Positions 13,101-26,270 of a stretch of DNA of 64,000 nucleotides are shown one piece after another; within the stretch, counting starts at the first letter, position 1, and the number at the start of each line of letters is the position of its first letter. A program made the translations under genes and the position numbers. Origin of the DNA: Enoplolaimus lenunculus (taxonomy: Eukaryota); assembly GCA_030248215.1 (NCBI GenBank), contig JASANG010003005.1, positions 372,001 to 436,000 of the forward strand, in the 5' to 3' direction. A model generated the notes under the pieces. It was not told the DNA's origin, searched no databases, and saw only the letters and a list, made by a program, of their open reading frames with translations.

Positions 13101-14535
13101 AAATCCTGCTATATATGTGCCACCATTGTTCATTGAACGCTGGAGATTTCAACGACAGCACAGTGCCGCGTATACACCAGCGGAGTACACCGTACCAAAT
13201 CCGGGACACAATGTGTCTGTACCGGGTCCTTTGTCATCGTATAACAGGTTTATATTAATTTTTTAACTTCGACCGTGTGAAAATGTATGCGATATCTGCG
13301 ATGTTGAAAGAGGCTATAAATTTGTGCGATATTTGGTTTGCAGTATTTTAATTGATTTTTGTCTGTTTTGGCTTTAAGGATTTTGGTCCGCTTTGTATTA
13401 AAATTGTGGCATGCCGCAGAAGGCTGCTTGTAACGGTTTACGCTTTTTGTTGTACTTGTGTGGAACTGTTAGATGCAGTTTTGTTTTTAGCAAGCAAACT
13501 TAGGAATAGTCATGGTATGTTTTCTGATAAGCTAAACTGTTCTTGCGCCTTGCGTTGTGGCAAATTTATTCTTCATACCTCATCGTTACTTTACAGTTAT
13601 TTGTGCAGTTTAATATGACTAAATGTTATCGTTTGTAATTTGATGCTGTTAGACGCCCGTTGTTGAAATACATGTTGAAGTGGTTAATTATTACACTTCT
13701 TGATTTTTAGACAACAACGCATTTATATTCGTCGCAATCTTCGTAATGCTGTTAACCTAGGCAATCCTATACGATCTCATATGAGACAGATGCTTGCGGT
13801 ACGCCGACACACACGACTTAGGTGAGTTGTCGTGACGCGATATTTAATATGCGAGAGGGTATAAAATCGTTTGTAGGACTCCAAAATGCGGTAGGTGATT
13901 CTATATCCTGTAAAAGTGTCTTATTCTCTTCTAAAGAAGTTTTGGGAAGAGATATGTCCTTTATCTTTCCATTGTATGTTAAGCTGATATTTGTTGTTCA
14001 TAGTCGTCTGCTTATAATACGCCCTTGTTTGTTGTACAGCAAGCGTAATCATACGTGCTTGTATTTGTTTAGATTACAAGCGTTAGTATGTTGCAAATAA
14101 AGATAATGTGATCTTCATTTCTTCTGCAGTTACAATGTGCCATTGTGTTAATTTTTCGACATCTGCAGTTGCTCATAAAATATAGAATTTTGCGAAAATA
14201 TTAATTGGATATGAATTGTTTTTAGATCTGTTGATACAGTCTCTGGCCGTTTAAACTATGCAGTTGTTGGCCAACCGAGTCCAAGCGCAATGCGACGCGT
14301 TCAAACTATTGCTGCAATAAACAGCAACATGTTGCCATCAGCTGCAATTAGACAGCATCGTAACGGCGGTGCTGGTCGTAGACGAAATTCTCCTGTTGCT
14401 TTGCTTGCTCCAATCCCAGAGGAAGCTGGATCGGCCGGAAATAGTCCACCACAGTCGGAAAGCCAGCATTCAAGTGGTGGATCGGATTATGGACCGGCCG
14501 CAGGGAGTAGAATTAAAGCTGAAAGTGTGGAATGA
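4112..14535 (+). CDS. Uncharacterised 7-transmembrane protein, 12 coding exons, 490 aa (possibly GPR137/TOM1-like fold)
   Basis: Exons 4112-4239, 4509-4646, 5695-5838, 6406-6503, 6758-6899, 10574-10638, 11284-11318, 12069-12113, 12549-12632, 13075-13247, 13711-13821, 14226-14535 (1473 nt) join in frame through GT-AG introns with no internal stop. N-terminal sequons NGS and NSS, seven hydrophobic segments (e.g. SVLCFFYLITALLCCV, FYAIFYIAIFQCVIG, PLISLGYFTAIFLVGII, YWIFLCSGQMVIVQSIIVALCLLW, VVLELFSFLVPTWVFLWVF), then a long R/S/P-rich tail. The family assignment is inference. Confidence 0.85.
4707..5346 (+). mobile_element. Cluster of three partial copies of a tRNA-derived SINE-like element (GAA anticodon-like head)
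   Basis: Head ~5199-5276 has A box TGGCTCAGTGG, loop CTGAAAA and B box GAGTTCGAAAC. 4808-4915 repeats ~5238-5346, and 4707-4807 repeats ~5015-5113. The 3' end carries a 12-bp hairpin and GCA repeats. Confidence 0.65.
9616..9812. mobile_element. TTAGGC-bearing MITE, family B
   Basis: TIRs GGCCCACGTTACGTTAAGGGGCGT / ACGCCCCTTAAAGTAACATTGGCC; perfect TSD GAAAATTT. Confidence 0.85.
11601..11876. mobile_element. PIF/Harbinger (Tourist)-like MITE, family H
   Basis: TTA-AGCCCTATTCACACGTGCAA...TTGCACGTGTGAATAAGGCT-TTA (3-bp TSD). Confidence 0.8.
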
Positions 14536-16987
14536 ACTTTGACGTGAGAAACTTGAACGAAAAGTGATCATGCAGCGGTGTAAGGTAATGGTTTCAGAGG
14601 AAGCAATAAATCGCTATACTTCATGTGCTGATTGTTTTTGGCTTAAGGAAATAGTCCGCCACAGCCGGGAAGTCAGCTTTCAAGTGGCTGTTCATATTAA
14701 ACACCAGTCCCAGGAACCAGAGTTGAAGCAGAAAGGATTGGGTCATTATTTTAGGTGACAAACTTTGGGTAAATATTTTAGGTGACAAACTTAAATGGGG
14801 GTGAGTGAGCTGCAATGGAACGCTTTATAGTATTCAGCGATAGTGGCTGTAATTTTTGGGGCTTGTTTTCGACTTAACGATTGGATATGCAGATGTAATA
14901 TGGAAGACACTTTGAATATAGTCAAGTTGACGTCTATGGCAGAAGCAATGGTGAAACACGTTGTTCAGTTCAATTCTACGTACTACGGAAGAATGGCATT
15001 TATGTTGTAGATGACAGGTTCGAAAATGTGTTTGTTAACGTATCCGTTACGTCCAAACGAATGGACTTGTGGTTTCGCAGCGCTGAAAATAGTACATAAC
15101 GCACTGTGCCGGATAATTTTGATATATCGACAACATCATAATATGATAAAACCATTTACGTGGAAGACAAAAGAAGTTAAAAATTTTGCTCTGGTGTATA
15201 ATCGGGCAGTGGATTCAACGTGTTTCTATTAGCCCAGAAATCGACAAAAAATTTCTCCAACGTTTTCTTCAGGAAATGGACTTACGATGGTCGTAGAAGA
15301 ACCCGTGTGTTGAAAGAAGCATAATTTGAACAAACAGTGCAGTTCCGGTGGATAGATTTTGGGCTTAACAAGTGAGTGGTTTATTTGTAAATATTTTTGT
15401 AAATTTTGCATATTATGTGTTTTTATTTTTGTGACATTGTATATATATACGTTATGTTATGGTAGCGTGCATGTGTTTTGCATGTACCTTGTACTTTTAG
15501 AGGCATACAATAGTGATTTTGCGAGGCATTCGTATTTAGTATAGTTTTGATGGTTAGTTACATTGCCTAACGAAGTGCAGCAGACAGACAAAAATTCATT
15601 ATTGATATCAGTGTTAAATGTAAATATTTTTCTTTTTTGGCAGAATTTTTATCGTTTTGGCAATTTAAGTGTTTGTCGTTTCGTATGTTAAACTAAAAAA
15701 CGTACAAAAAGTTTGTAAATTTCTCTTGAGTTATAAATGTTATGTGAAACTATTATTGGCATTCGATGAATTTCCAAACCACGTAAAGGATTATCAGTTT
15801 TTTATAATATGTATTTAATATGATTTTTGGGTATCAGTTTTTGTTAACAAACCGTCACAGTTTTATTAATATTTTGGGTTTGAATAATTGTCTATGTCTA
15901 TTTTGGTCACAGCCTGTGTTCGTCAAACCTTGTGGTGGGTTTTAAGTGTTCGATTCGTTAACAGTGTTCAACTGTGGACTGTAAAATGATTTATATTCGG
16001 ATTTGGCTCGAAATTCGGCCAGCAATCAAGTTTTAATTTTGACATCCGTATAATAACTAACCGCAAACTTGGCGATTTTTAAGCAGACAATATTGGTGCA
16101 ATAATTACATTTTTATTAATTTCATTACCTAACAAAGTGTTACTGCGTCTTGAGTGAAAAATTTAAAAAATTTCAGCTAAATCGTTCCGTTAGGTCGTGT
16201 TTAGATGGTTGTTCGCTCAATTTTTGATTTGCATATGCATTATGCACGTAAATTTTATGTTGGTTATAATGCACCAATGTGGTATCGCAATATATTATCA
16301 AAACAAAGTTTCTTAAAATGTAAATAAAGGCGTCTCTACAATACATAGGAAAGTAAACAAAAACACTAAGCATGGTTAATGATGGAATAGTTTAGGAATG
16401 CACGGGTAAAGGTTAGTTTCAAAGTGTTGTTAGAATATACAGAATTCGTGGACGTAGATGTTGAATAGTAGTGATATATTGAACAACCTGTTTCGAATCC
16501 GATTGGCGGAGCGTCTTACAGAATGCGTACAAATAGCCTGAGTTTAATGGCAAATTTTTTCTATCTGGCACTAAATGTGTTTTGCAAAAAATTTCACTTG
16601 TTTATATTAATTTTACTATGGTTCGGTAGTTGTAGATATGCTAAAGTTTCGACTGTTATCTGTACATTATTGTTTTGCTTGTGTTTACTTGTGATTTAAT
16701 TCTATAACGATTCTTGACCTTGTTTGCTGTGATTGTGTTGTGTTCGATAACAAAAATGCATAAATATTCATTATATGGCGTTTTAGTAGTTTGCTCTTTA
16801 TCTGCAGTTTTCTCGTAAACTCAGCGTTTGTCAATTTTGGACACTTTGTTGTTGACCCTCAATAGAAATGTGTTTTTTTTCTATTTTTTGCAGTTAGTGA
16901 ACGTGGTCTTTGCATTGAAAAGCGCAATGTAAAAGCGCCAGTGCTATACGTACTACTGTGTATTTTTGAAAAACAGCCGGACTGATA

Positions 16988-17198
16988 CAGTGCAAAAAAT
17001 GATGAGTCAAATTGACTCTCTCCGAAATAGGCTTTTCGGGACTACACAAACTGAGTCAAAATTCGACTCCGCCAGAATCAAATTCGATTCACTCGAGTCG
17101 AGCGTTTGACTCTAGCGGAGTCGAATTTGACTCAGTTTTGTAGTCTCGAAAAACCTATTTCGTAGTGACGCAATTTGACTCACCATTTTGTTGCAGTG
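16988..17198. mobile_element. Palindromic TA-flanked MITE, family C (Tc1/mariner-type target)
   Basis: TA-CAGTGCAAAAAATGATGAGTCAAATTG...CAATTTGACTCACCATTTTGTTGCAGTG-TA; near-complete fold-back. Confidence 0.8.
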
Positions 17199-17499
17199 TA
17201 CGTACAATTAAAAAATTGGGAACGTACCGAACTATAATTGAAAAGGTGTTAACTTCATCAGTTCAGATTCGCTAGGTCACTAAGTTGGGATGGTCGTTAA
17301 TCCGATTGTGTAAATTTTCACTATCCGTTTTCTTTGCAATGCTACAGGATACTATTGAAATATTGCCGGCGGGTGTTTCACGTTGGACAGTTGTTTTTTT
17401 CTTTATTTTAGTCCGTTTCGTTTGAGCTTGTTCACTAGTGCATAACCAAAATCCGTTATTTTGTTATGTGTATAAAGTGTTCTGTTTGATAGTTACTTT

Positions 17500-17711
17500 G
17501 GCCCATGTAGAGAACAGGGCCGGATCGTTTTCTGGAGGAGCTATAATAGAGTCAGTTTAAGCTTTAGACTAATTTTTTTTTTGCTTAGGCTTAGGAATGA
17601 GCTCATCCATACGCTTAGGCTTAAGCTTAGGAATGAGCTCATCCATACGCTTAGGCTTAAGCTTAGGAATATGCTTATACTGCTGTTCCAGCCCTGTTCT
17701 ATACATGGGCC
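17500..17711. mobile_element. TTAGGC-bearing MITE, family A
   Basis: TIRs GGCCCATGTAGAGAACAGGGCCGGA / TCCAGCCCTGTTCTATACATGGGCC; perfect 8-bp TSD GTTACTTT; internal GCTTAG repeats. Confidence 0.85.
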
Positions 17712-19316
17712 GTTACTTTTATATGTACATATTTTACTGTTGTTTTGCTAAATGCATATAATTGCATATTGTTAAAGCGTATTGGGAATTGTTGTGTGGA
17801 GTTTTGGGGTTATATGAAAACTGAACCAAGTTTCGCTTGATCCCTATGCGTAGATATATTTTTGTGTCGCAATCTGGTTTTGTGATATTTATAGGTTTTT
17901 AAATATGCTTGGCTCTTTTATGCCGCAAACTACAAAATAAATTGTCTTGACATTTCATGACTCCTTCCTTTCTTAAATTTTCAAAACATAAATGTCTTTG
18001 TATTTCAGACATTAATAACCTTAGACAGCTCAGAAATTTGTGTCTGAAATGGTTAAAACATATATGGCTTATATTCAAGAAATTACTGTTTACTTACCAA
18101 TTTTTTATAAGAAACAAATTTCTTTCTTTCAAGAAATAGTTTCCTTATTCAAGAATTTATTTTCTGATTGTATTAGGTATGTATGTAAAAAAGTTGCTCC
18201 GTTTATATTCTTAAGGCAGTATATAAATAATCGAATTTCAAAGATATGTCGGACTGAGCTCAGGCTCCGCCTAACCTAAGTTTACGTCTTGGATGTATCT
18301 TAATAGGTTGTAAAATTAGAGAATTTGGTTGAGGTTAACTTCCTATTTTGAAAGCAATTTCTGTGACAAATTTTACTTTTAAGACATATGTCTGCATATC
18401 TTTAATTTCAGAGACATATTTGTGTTATCTTTAATACATATTTGTCTTGTATTTCAGACACTCTAAAGATTAAGACATTTAAGTGTTAAAAATTCAGACG
18501 CAGATTTCTGAAATTTTTTAGAAACTATAATTGTTTCGAATTTAAGAAATTATTTCTTGAATTTAAACACACTCTTATGATTAAGACATTTAAGTGTTAA
18601 AAATTTCAGACACAGATTTCTGAAAATTTTTAGATACTATAATTGTCTCGAATTTAAGAAATTATTTCTTGAATATCAGAAAATGTGTTTTGTGGGTAGT
18701 TGAGTTGTCATTGCAGCACGTTAAAGTATAATGATTTTAATGGTGAATATCAGCGTGCGGAATCCGCAACAAACTACTCCGTTTACTGGAACCATCATGT
18801 AATTTATATGAACTTTGGGCGTAATGTGTATTAATAAACAACGTTTCGAGTCACTTATCTCTATTGAGCTAATAATGTTGCCGGAATATAAGGCTAGTTT
18901 ATAGCACAAAAAGCTATGAAATAAGTCTATTTTTAGTATCTTGTAAAGGCTGAATTTGCTGATCCGCAGGTGTAAGGCAGATGTTGCAGATTCGAGCAGA
19001 TCTATGAAGAAAACTGATGGAATTGAGGAAAAACTGGACGTAGTTTTAGTATTAAATAATTTTGCAACTACTCTCCTGCCTACGCGCGTTGCCATCCTTC
19101 GGTCCAGGATTGCACCCAGCCTTAGAGCAAAATATCGATAATTTAAGCATCGTATCTGTGTGGTTTGGGTTGCGTAAGAAGGTGTTAATTTTCGCCAATT
19201 ACTTTGATTTATAAAAATGACTCACACTGGTGAATTGCAAACCTTAGGATATATGTATCTTTTATTAAGAAAGGTAGACATTTTTAATAGATGTTCAGAA
19301 GTAATTTTGTAGCTTG

Positions 19317-19486
19317 GGCCAATGTAAACAACAGGGTCGGAACAGTACTATAAGCTTATTCCTAAGCCTAAGCGCAATAATGAGCATATTCCGTAGCCTA
19401 AGCCAAGCAAAAAATTACTCTAAAACTTAAGATTATTCTATTCAAGTCCCAGAGAAAAACGTTCCGCCCCTGATCTTATATGGGCC
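19317..19486. mobile_element. TTAGGC-bearing MITE, family A
   Basis: GGCCAATGT...ATGGGCC termini; TSD GTAGCTTG/GTAACTTG; CCTAAG repeats. More degenerate copies lie at ~19891-20074 and ~21494-21671. Confidence 0.75.
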
Positions 19487-20189
19487 GTAACTTGTAACAA
19501 ATATGGCACTGCTACCGGGACAATAATAATTGTTATTTCTTTTGGATGCGGACGTGTTATTTGTCATTATACAAGGATTCAATGAATTTTATTATAGAAG
19601 AATGGGAAAGAATTTGTTTAAGATCAGTTAAGCTGTGATATATTAAAGGCACTGAACGTGAACATGATTTGACTTTAGCAAATAACAGTGTTTATCTTTT
19701 GGAAGGTACCATATCAAAACTGAAGTGACAGGAAACACATATCCGGTTGTATATTTTTTTCGACACTGACTGCATGTTTTTAACGTCTGTAAAAATTGCC
19801 GTGCGCAATGCGACGATTTTAAACATATAATATGAAACGCCTAACAAAATTAAAGTAAAAACAAGTAATTTGCCTTAAAGTAAAATTTATGGACCATGCG
19901 GTCATGTAAAGAACACCTGCGAAACAGAATTTTATAAGAATTTCCTAAGCCTAAGAGTAAGAATGAGTTTATTCCTAAGCCTATTAAGCCAAGCAAAAAA
20001 TTACTCCAAAATTTAAGCTCACTATATTCTAAGTCCCACAGAAAAACGTTCCACCCCAGATCTTTACATGGGCCGACACCGCGAGTCAACTCACTGTGGG
20101 TATACGCGGTGTAGCTGTTTAAGTGCATAGTGTAATGTTAGACACATGCACGCACGTACTCATACAGCACCAGGGAAAAGTATGATATC

Positions 20190-20295
20190 GGCCGCGTGGT
20201 GTAATAGATAACGTGCTTGACTCGCGAGGGAAACGTCCGAGGTTCCAGATACAAAGGGGTCTTCCCGGCCGTGCAGTTCTGACATTCACAGTATT
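20190..20295 (+). mobile_element. tRNA-derived SINE-like element, family 2 (degenerate)
   Basis: GGCCGCGTGGTGTAATAG...CTTGACTC...CGTCCGAGGTTC...GGGTCTTCCCGGCCGTGCAGTTCTGACAT; homologous to 31231-31352. Confidence 0.6.
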
Positions 20296-21167
20296 AAGCT
20301 CGAGCGAACGAACTAGTAATAGAACGCGTTGAGTAGAAAATAGCGTTTTACACTACAGAAGCTATATTTTGCTAGAAACCACTAGGTAACTTTCGCTTTT
20401 CCACATTTTAAAGTAAAGACTTAGGATTTGGAAAAGGCCAGTTAGAGATTTAGGTTAATAACGATCCCACTTAAATCCTGGCTACGAGATTTCTTACTCT
20501 TTTTAAACTCTAAGACAAAAGTTACGCCAACAAAGACCCTACACTGAAGTTTTGTACTAGAGTTAAAGGCAATAGTATGTAGGTTTTCGCTCGTTTCACA
20601 TGCGATATTTTCTTCAAATCATGTTTACGTAACGAACAATTTGGTTTGGCCCAGCTGTCCGGCCAGCTAAAAATTGACGGGACCTAAACGAAAACTCTGA
20701 AATTGGTCTCGGAGCCGACTAGGAAAGCGTGAGCAATCTCATATATCATGCCAAAAATTTAGATATGGGTCACAGTTAAAGGGTTCTAATGTCACTTTTG
20801 GTAGAAACCTAAGGCACGAACATGGCAAGATGCGGCTCCCCAATCCAAATTTCTCTGTATGCCACTGAATTCGGGCTATCATTGCTATGTTTCCGGTCCG
20901 TGCACCAATAGATCGTATTCAGCCAAACAAGAAGAAAATGCTAAACTATAAACGCAATTTTAGCCGTTACAATTTCGTTCGCTGTTCGTTTGCAGTTTTC
21001 TCGTTAACTTTCATCTCGTTTACTTTGCGTATACGAAGTTTTATTGAATTAAAATCTTATCGAAATTACATGTAGCAAAACAATTTGACTTCATGAAGCG
21101 TTCATTTATAGATATTTGCTTTTGTGATTGCTTATGCATATTATTAAAGCTGGAACACCCCAGATAC

Positions 21168-21427
21168 CAGGGTACAACCGGACGTCTGCCTCCGGCTTCG
21201 GTAGAAAATCGGACTCCGGCTCCTGTAGAATTTTTGCCAAAGGTTCCGGCAATTTCGGCAGTAATATTTTGCATGTCACAATTTTCAGGAAAGAATTACC
21301 GAAGCACATATTGACTAAAACTAACTAATTAACCATCATTTTTGCTACCTAATTTCGCCTGACCTCCGGCTCCGGCAAGTTTCGTTGACCTCCGGCTGCG
21401 GTATTTTTCACCTTCGGTTGCACCCTG
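21168..21427. mobile_element. hAT-like MITE, family G
   Basis: CAGGGTACAACCG...CGGTTGCACCCTG; TSD CCAGATAC/CCACATAC. A deleted copy lies at ~33499-33776. Confidence 0.8.
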
Positions 21428-24159
21428 CCACATACGTATTTTGAGCAGCGTTCCATAAGATTATTATTTACCCTATTTATGCGAATTAAGGCGGCCCATG
21501 TATAAAACATGCCGGAACGTTTTTACGGCGGGACTGTAATAGAAGAGTAAGCTTAAGTTTTAGACTATTTTTTGCTTAGGCTTAGGTATAAGTTCATTCT
21601 TACGGTTAGGCTTGGACTAGGGCTTAGGAATGTGCTTATGTTACTGTTCGGCCCTGTTCTATACATTGGGCATAAAGGCTATATACACTGGGAATACCTA
21701 TCGTTTTTGATGTGTTTTATAGGTATATCTGCAAAGCACTATAGCTTTTCAAAAAGCAGTTTGTTTAAATTTCGTTCGCGAATAATGAGTGGCCCAGGCA
21801 ACAATTTAGCCTCAGCGCTGGAGAAGCCTTAGTCCAGTTACACTTGTTTGCAACTACGTGTATTTAGTATATTTTATTAATCGTGTTATTCGTATTTGAT
21901 TTAATTATTTTAAATAAAGTGTCAACGTACATATGTAACCCTGACAGCTCCGTAAAATTGTCAATGGGCTTGCAAAACGGATGTTTATAGACGTAAAACT
22001 GCGATTTCTTTGTGTTTTTACAAGAATTAAAGCCATTCAGATATTAAACATTGTAAACATGGAACACATGAATTTTGTATTTCGAGATCAAAATATTTGC
22101 TGTTATTTGTCGTCAGCTTAAAGTTTTTTGTGGCGTGCGGAACGGAAATTTGACAAACTAAAAACACAGGTTTGATCTATGCCGAATTTCGTATGTTCTG
22201 GTTCTATTGGTTTGGAAAAGACATTGTAGGCTTCATATGAACCATTTGCGTTGCAAACAGATTGTAACGGTAACACTGGTCGAAATTCCCCCCTTTTAGG
22301 ATCTGCCACTTTTGGGTTATTGATGTTCTGACTTAGTATCCGTGAAAACGTTACCGATAAAACCTTTGGTTGCTATTTTACTGGGACTGTTTATATCCGG
22401 TGCCAAACACAATGCTACCGCGCCTATTCGTCAGAAAGGTAAACGGGAATTTTTTTGTCGCTCACTGCGAGTGAAATATTTCTTGAAGTCTACTTCGCGT
22501 CAAACGCACGTTATTTGTGCTAATGGTGATAAATTAGTTGTTGGCAACACTATTTTTTCAGGCAGATTTCATTTCGTAGAATGCGCTTTAGTCATTTCAC
22601 AGGATTTGCTTTTAGATCGATCTTGGGGCGTTGCTATTCGTCATATATATATTTATATTTATATTATATATGTACATATAGGTATATATACATATATATA
22701 TGTTTGTTATTTTTTGTTTTCTCTAATCCGTACTCATTGATTAACCCGTCAGATATTTTGTAATTATCTGCACTTTTATATTCATGAATTGTTACTTGAT
22801 TGAAAAAAGGTCGCAGATGATAGGAATATGGGCCAGTGTATAGAACAGGGCAGGAACAGTAGTATAGGCGTATTTCTAAGCCTAAGCCTATGCCTTAGGC
22901 TAAGCGTAGGTAACGTGTTTTTACGTTTAACACGAGGTTAAGTAAACTTATTTAAGACACAAGTGCAGCCCAGCAATTATGTGTATCTAAGTATCGTTAA
23001 ATTTAGCTTAAACTGAAAATATATAGGATTTTAAATGAGTTTAAGCGTAAACCTACCTGTTAGTTTAGTTAATCTAGAAAGTTAGTTTAATACTGGTGGA
23101 TTTGCTTAAGCTTAAATCATGTTCGTTTAAACTTTTAGAGAGTATAGTGTTCATAATAGAATAGAAAAATCCAGGAACGAACGGCTCGCGTAATTGGTTT
23201 TTTTACGATGACAAAATTTATGGAAATCTTCAGCTTTCTCTAGTATGGTTTCGTAGTTTGCCAACAAGAAAATAGATGACTTGAGTGAAATGACACACAT
23301 TTATCAGTCTCAGCAATGGACACATGGCCTATTCACGTGTGACGACAGCTATAGTAATGATTTACGTCTAACATTTTCTCACGTGCAATGTGCGTTCAGT
23401 GGTGACATTCAACGAGCATTTCGCATATGCACTAACACTGTAAATTTGAGTGGGTTTATTTTAACTCAGGATGAGTTGAATCACTCAATCTGAGTTAGGA
23501 CTATCAGAACTCAGAATTTTGAGTTGATTCAATTTATTCTGAGTTAATTAACCAATCACAGAGAGTAAACTCAGCTCATAGTGAAAAATCAACTCAATTC
23601 TGTGTGAGTTAATGTTTACTGATATTAATTCAGAAATAATCAACTCGCTAGCTGAATTGATTAATCAACTCATTGGAATTTACAGCGAATACGGTGAACC
23701 TACGTTCGGGCCTGTAGCAAAGGGAGGGGCCGGAAGCTCAGCCCCCACTTGAACATTTTTTCGCCACACCCTATAAAATTTTCAACCTTGCTTGTAAGTC
23801 ATCGCAAGTCCTTGTATGACACTCGTGAAAATGGGTTTAGACACCCTACGATCAAGATGACTTGACTGGCGGGCCTACCTACAATGCTGGGTGGTTTTAT
23901 AGTACGATTACCTGAGTTGTTTTCATAATTTTAACTTCAAACAGGAAACCCCTGGAAAAATTTTGACCCCTCCCCCCTTGAAAGTTTTCAACCTTGATTG
24001 TAACGCATCGAAAACCCTTGAAGGCCCCTCCTGACAATTTTTAGCCCCTCCTAGCAAAGTGAGTTGGCTACGGACCTATTGATGACTCATTAATTGTGTA
24101 TCATGATTAAATTTAACATTTCACTACCAGAAACAGAACACTGTGTTTTGCCTGGGTTA

Positions 24160-24424
24160 AGCCCTATTCAGACGTGCAATTTTTTTGCTGCGAGAACTTG
24201 CAGCTGCAACTTGTACTTGCAAGTGTTGTCCAAAATCACCGTTTGAAAAACTTGCAGCTGCAAATAATTCGTTAAAAGGAATTAGTTCCCATGTATGAAC
24301 AACCATTTATGTTCATCGAATTTATTGCAGCCGCTTTCTCATTGGCTGATAAAAAATGTAAGTTCTGTGTGCAATTTGCAGCTGCAAGTTCTCGCAACAA
24401 AAAGTTGCACGTGTGAATAGGGAT
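24160..24424. mobile_element. PIF/Harbinger-like MITE, family H (inverted copy)
   Basis: TTA flanks and the same TIR; body is the reverse complement of 11601-11876. Confidence 0.8.
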
Positions 24425-25485
24425 TTACAGATGTTAAACTGAGAAAAAAATTCAATCTACAATGTTAAGAATCCCCAGTCACACGTGCTAGATTTTGCAC
24501 CAATAACCTGCACCGGTATCAGTCGAACATTTGACTCTGGCGGAGTCGAATTTGACTCAGTTTGTGTAGTCCCGAAATGTCTATTTCGGAGAGAATCAAT
24601 TTGACTCACCATTTTTTTGCAGTGTATATTGTTAAATTTTCCCCGGTGGGACCTTATTTACCATACCCAGAAACAATATTGGACGGGGCTGAGCGTGGCA
24701 CATGTAAAGATCATGTGACAAACAACTCTTTAAAGTGAATCGCAAAATCAGAAGGACGGTGTGCATATTGTTGCTGTTGTCAAAACAAAGTATCACGTGT
24801 TTCTCGATAGCTTTCACATGCGATTTCTCAACCAAATATCCTTAATCCTTAAATGTTTGTTTAATTATGGATTTAATAGAGATTCGCCCATGGATAGCTG
24901 AAGGACGGACTCTTTTCCCACGGGACTGCAACAGAATAAGCGTAAGCTTTGGACTATTTTTTAATTTTTCTGCTTTGGTTTAAGATTACGTACAAACTCA
25001 TGTTTACGCTGACGCTAAGGTTTAGACTTAATACGATTACAAGTATGCTTAGGGCCAAAAGATCTATTAAGGTTCTTCGTACCATCTACTCATTACTATA
25101 CTCTTCTGATCTCGTTGCGGATACGCCGAAAAAAACAAGTGACGGGCATTTGAACGTATTAAAATTACAGTTCCATCGCGTGATGCTTCAGTTTTAGTCG
25201 TCTGAGAAGACGGGGTTTTTCTGTATTCCAATAAGTTTATCCCGCTAAACTGTGGTGATACTTATATATGCTATTTTTTTCTTCACACCCTCTGTCTACG
25301 TAGTCAGCGTGATATTAACCATTTGCTCTCACGTCTTGTGGAGATTTAACAATGCGCATATATGTTATAAATGTTAAACACTGCTCACAGTGTGCGTATT
25401 GCTCGTACATTATTGTATTTAGTTGATCATAGTATACTCTATGAGTGAAAGGCTTATAAATACTAAGTAAGAAACTTTTCATTAA

Positions 25486-25748
25486 CCCTTTCTCACATGA
25501 ATATTTTCAATTCCATGTGATATGTAATTTCAAGGTAAGATTCGATCCCCAGTCTCACCGGTGGGAGGCGTTTACGATGACCACTGAGCTATAGGAGATT
25601 GACGCTCGAGCCCGAGTAGGCTCTCATGTCTTGTGGAGATTTTGCACTGTGCATATATGTTATAAATGTTAAACACTGCTCCCAGTGTGTGTATTGCTCG
25701 TACATTATTGTATTTAGTTGCTCATAGTATACTCTATGAGTGAAAGGG
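25486..25748 (-). mobile_element. piggyBac-type MITE (TTAA TSD) with internal tRNA-like segment, family E1
   Basis: TTAA-CCCTTTCTCACAT...ATGAGTGAAAGGG-TTAA. The minus strand reads TAGCTCAGTGGT...CGCCTCCCAC...GGGATCGAATC. Confidence 0.8.
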
Positions 25749-26270
25749 TTAATCTACTGCGTTTTGCATCAATTGAAATTTAGGAAATGCATTAAAGAAA
25801 AGAATAACTTCAGTTAGGATAACATAGCTACGACAAGAATAAAGTATTAGTAATAATAACAGCGGACCGGTAATTTGTACGTTCGAGGAGTCCCACCGCA
25901 TCTGAAGCAACATTTTCGTGAAATTCTCTATATGGTACTGCTTTAGAATTAGCTCTCAATCCCGTAGGCAACAGAGCACAGCTTGGCTTAGCCCTTCGCT
26001 TAGAAATATTAGTCTGTCCCTATCAAAGTTTTAACTAAACATTTAGGCTTCTGAAATTCTTTATATGCCTCTATTTAAATTGTTTTGCCCCTTACAAAGT
26101 TGAGCTGGTTACAAACCTGACCAAAGAAAGTATAGTTTTTTTAGTGTTTGGTAAAGTTCACAATAACTACCGAACTGGAGGTAAATCATCAGCTTTACAA
26201 TAATAAGGAAATACATGAGCTAAATATCCTTCTAAACCGAGTATGTAATTAATGCTTGCTTTGTCGATTA

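Noticed and set aside
14564..15544. Short ORFs downstream of the 7TM stop codon
   Set aside because: No splice-consistent continuation or homology; more likely 3' UTR.
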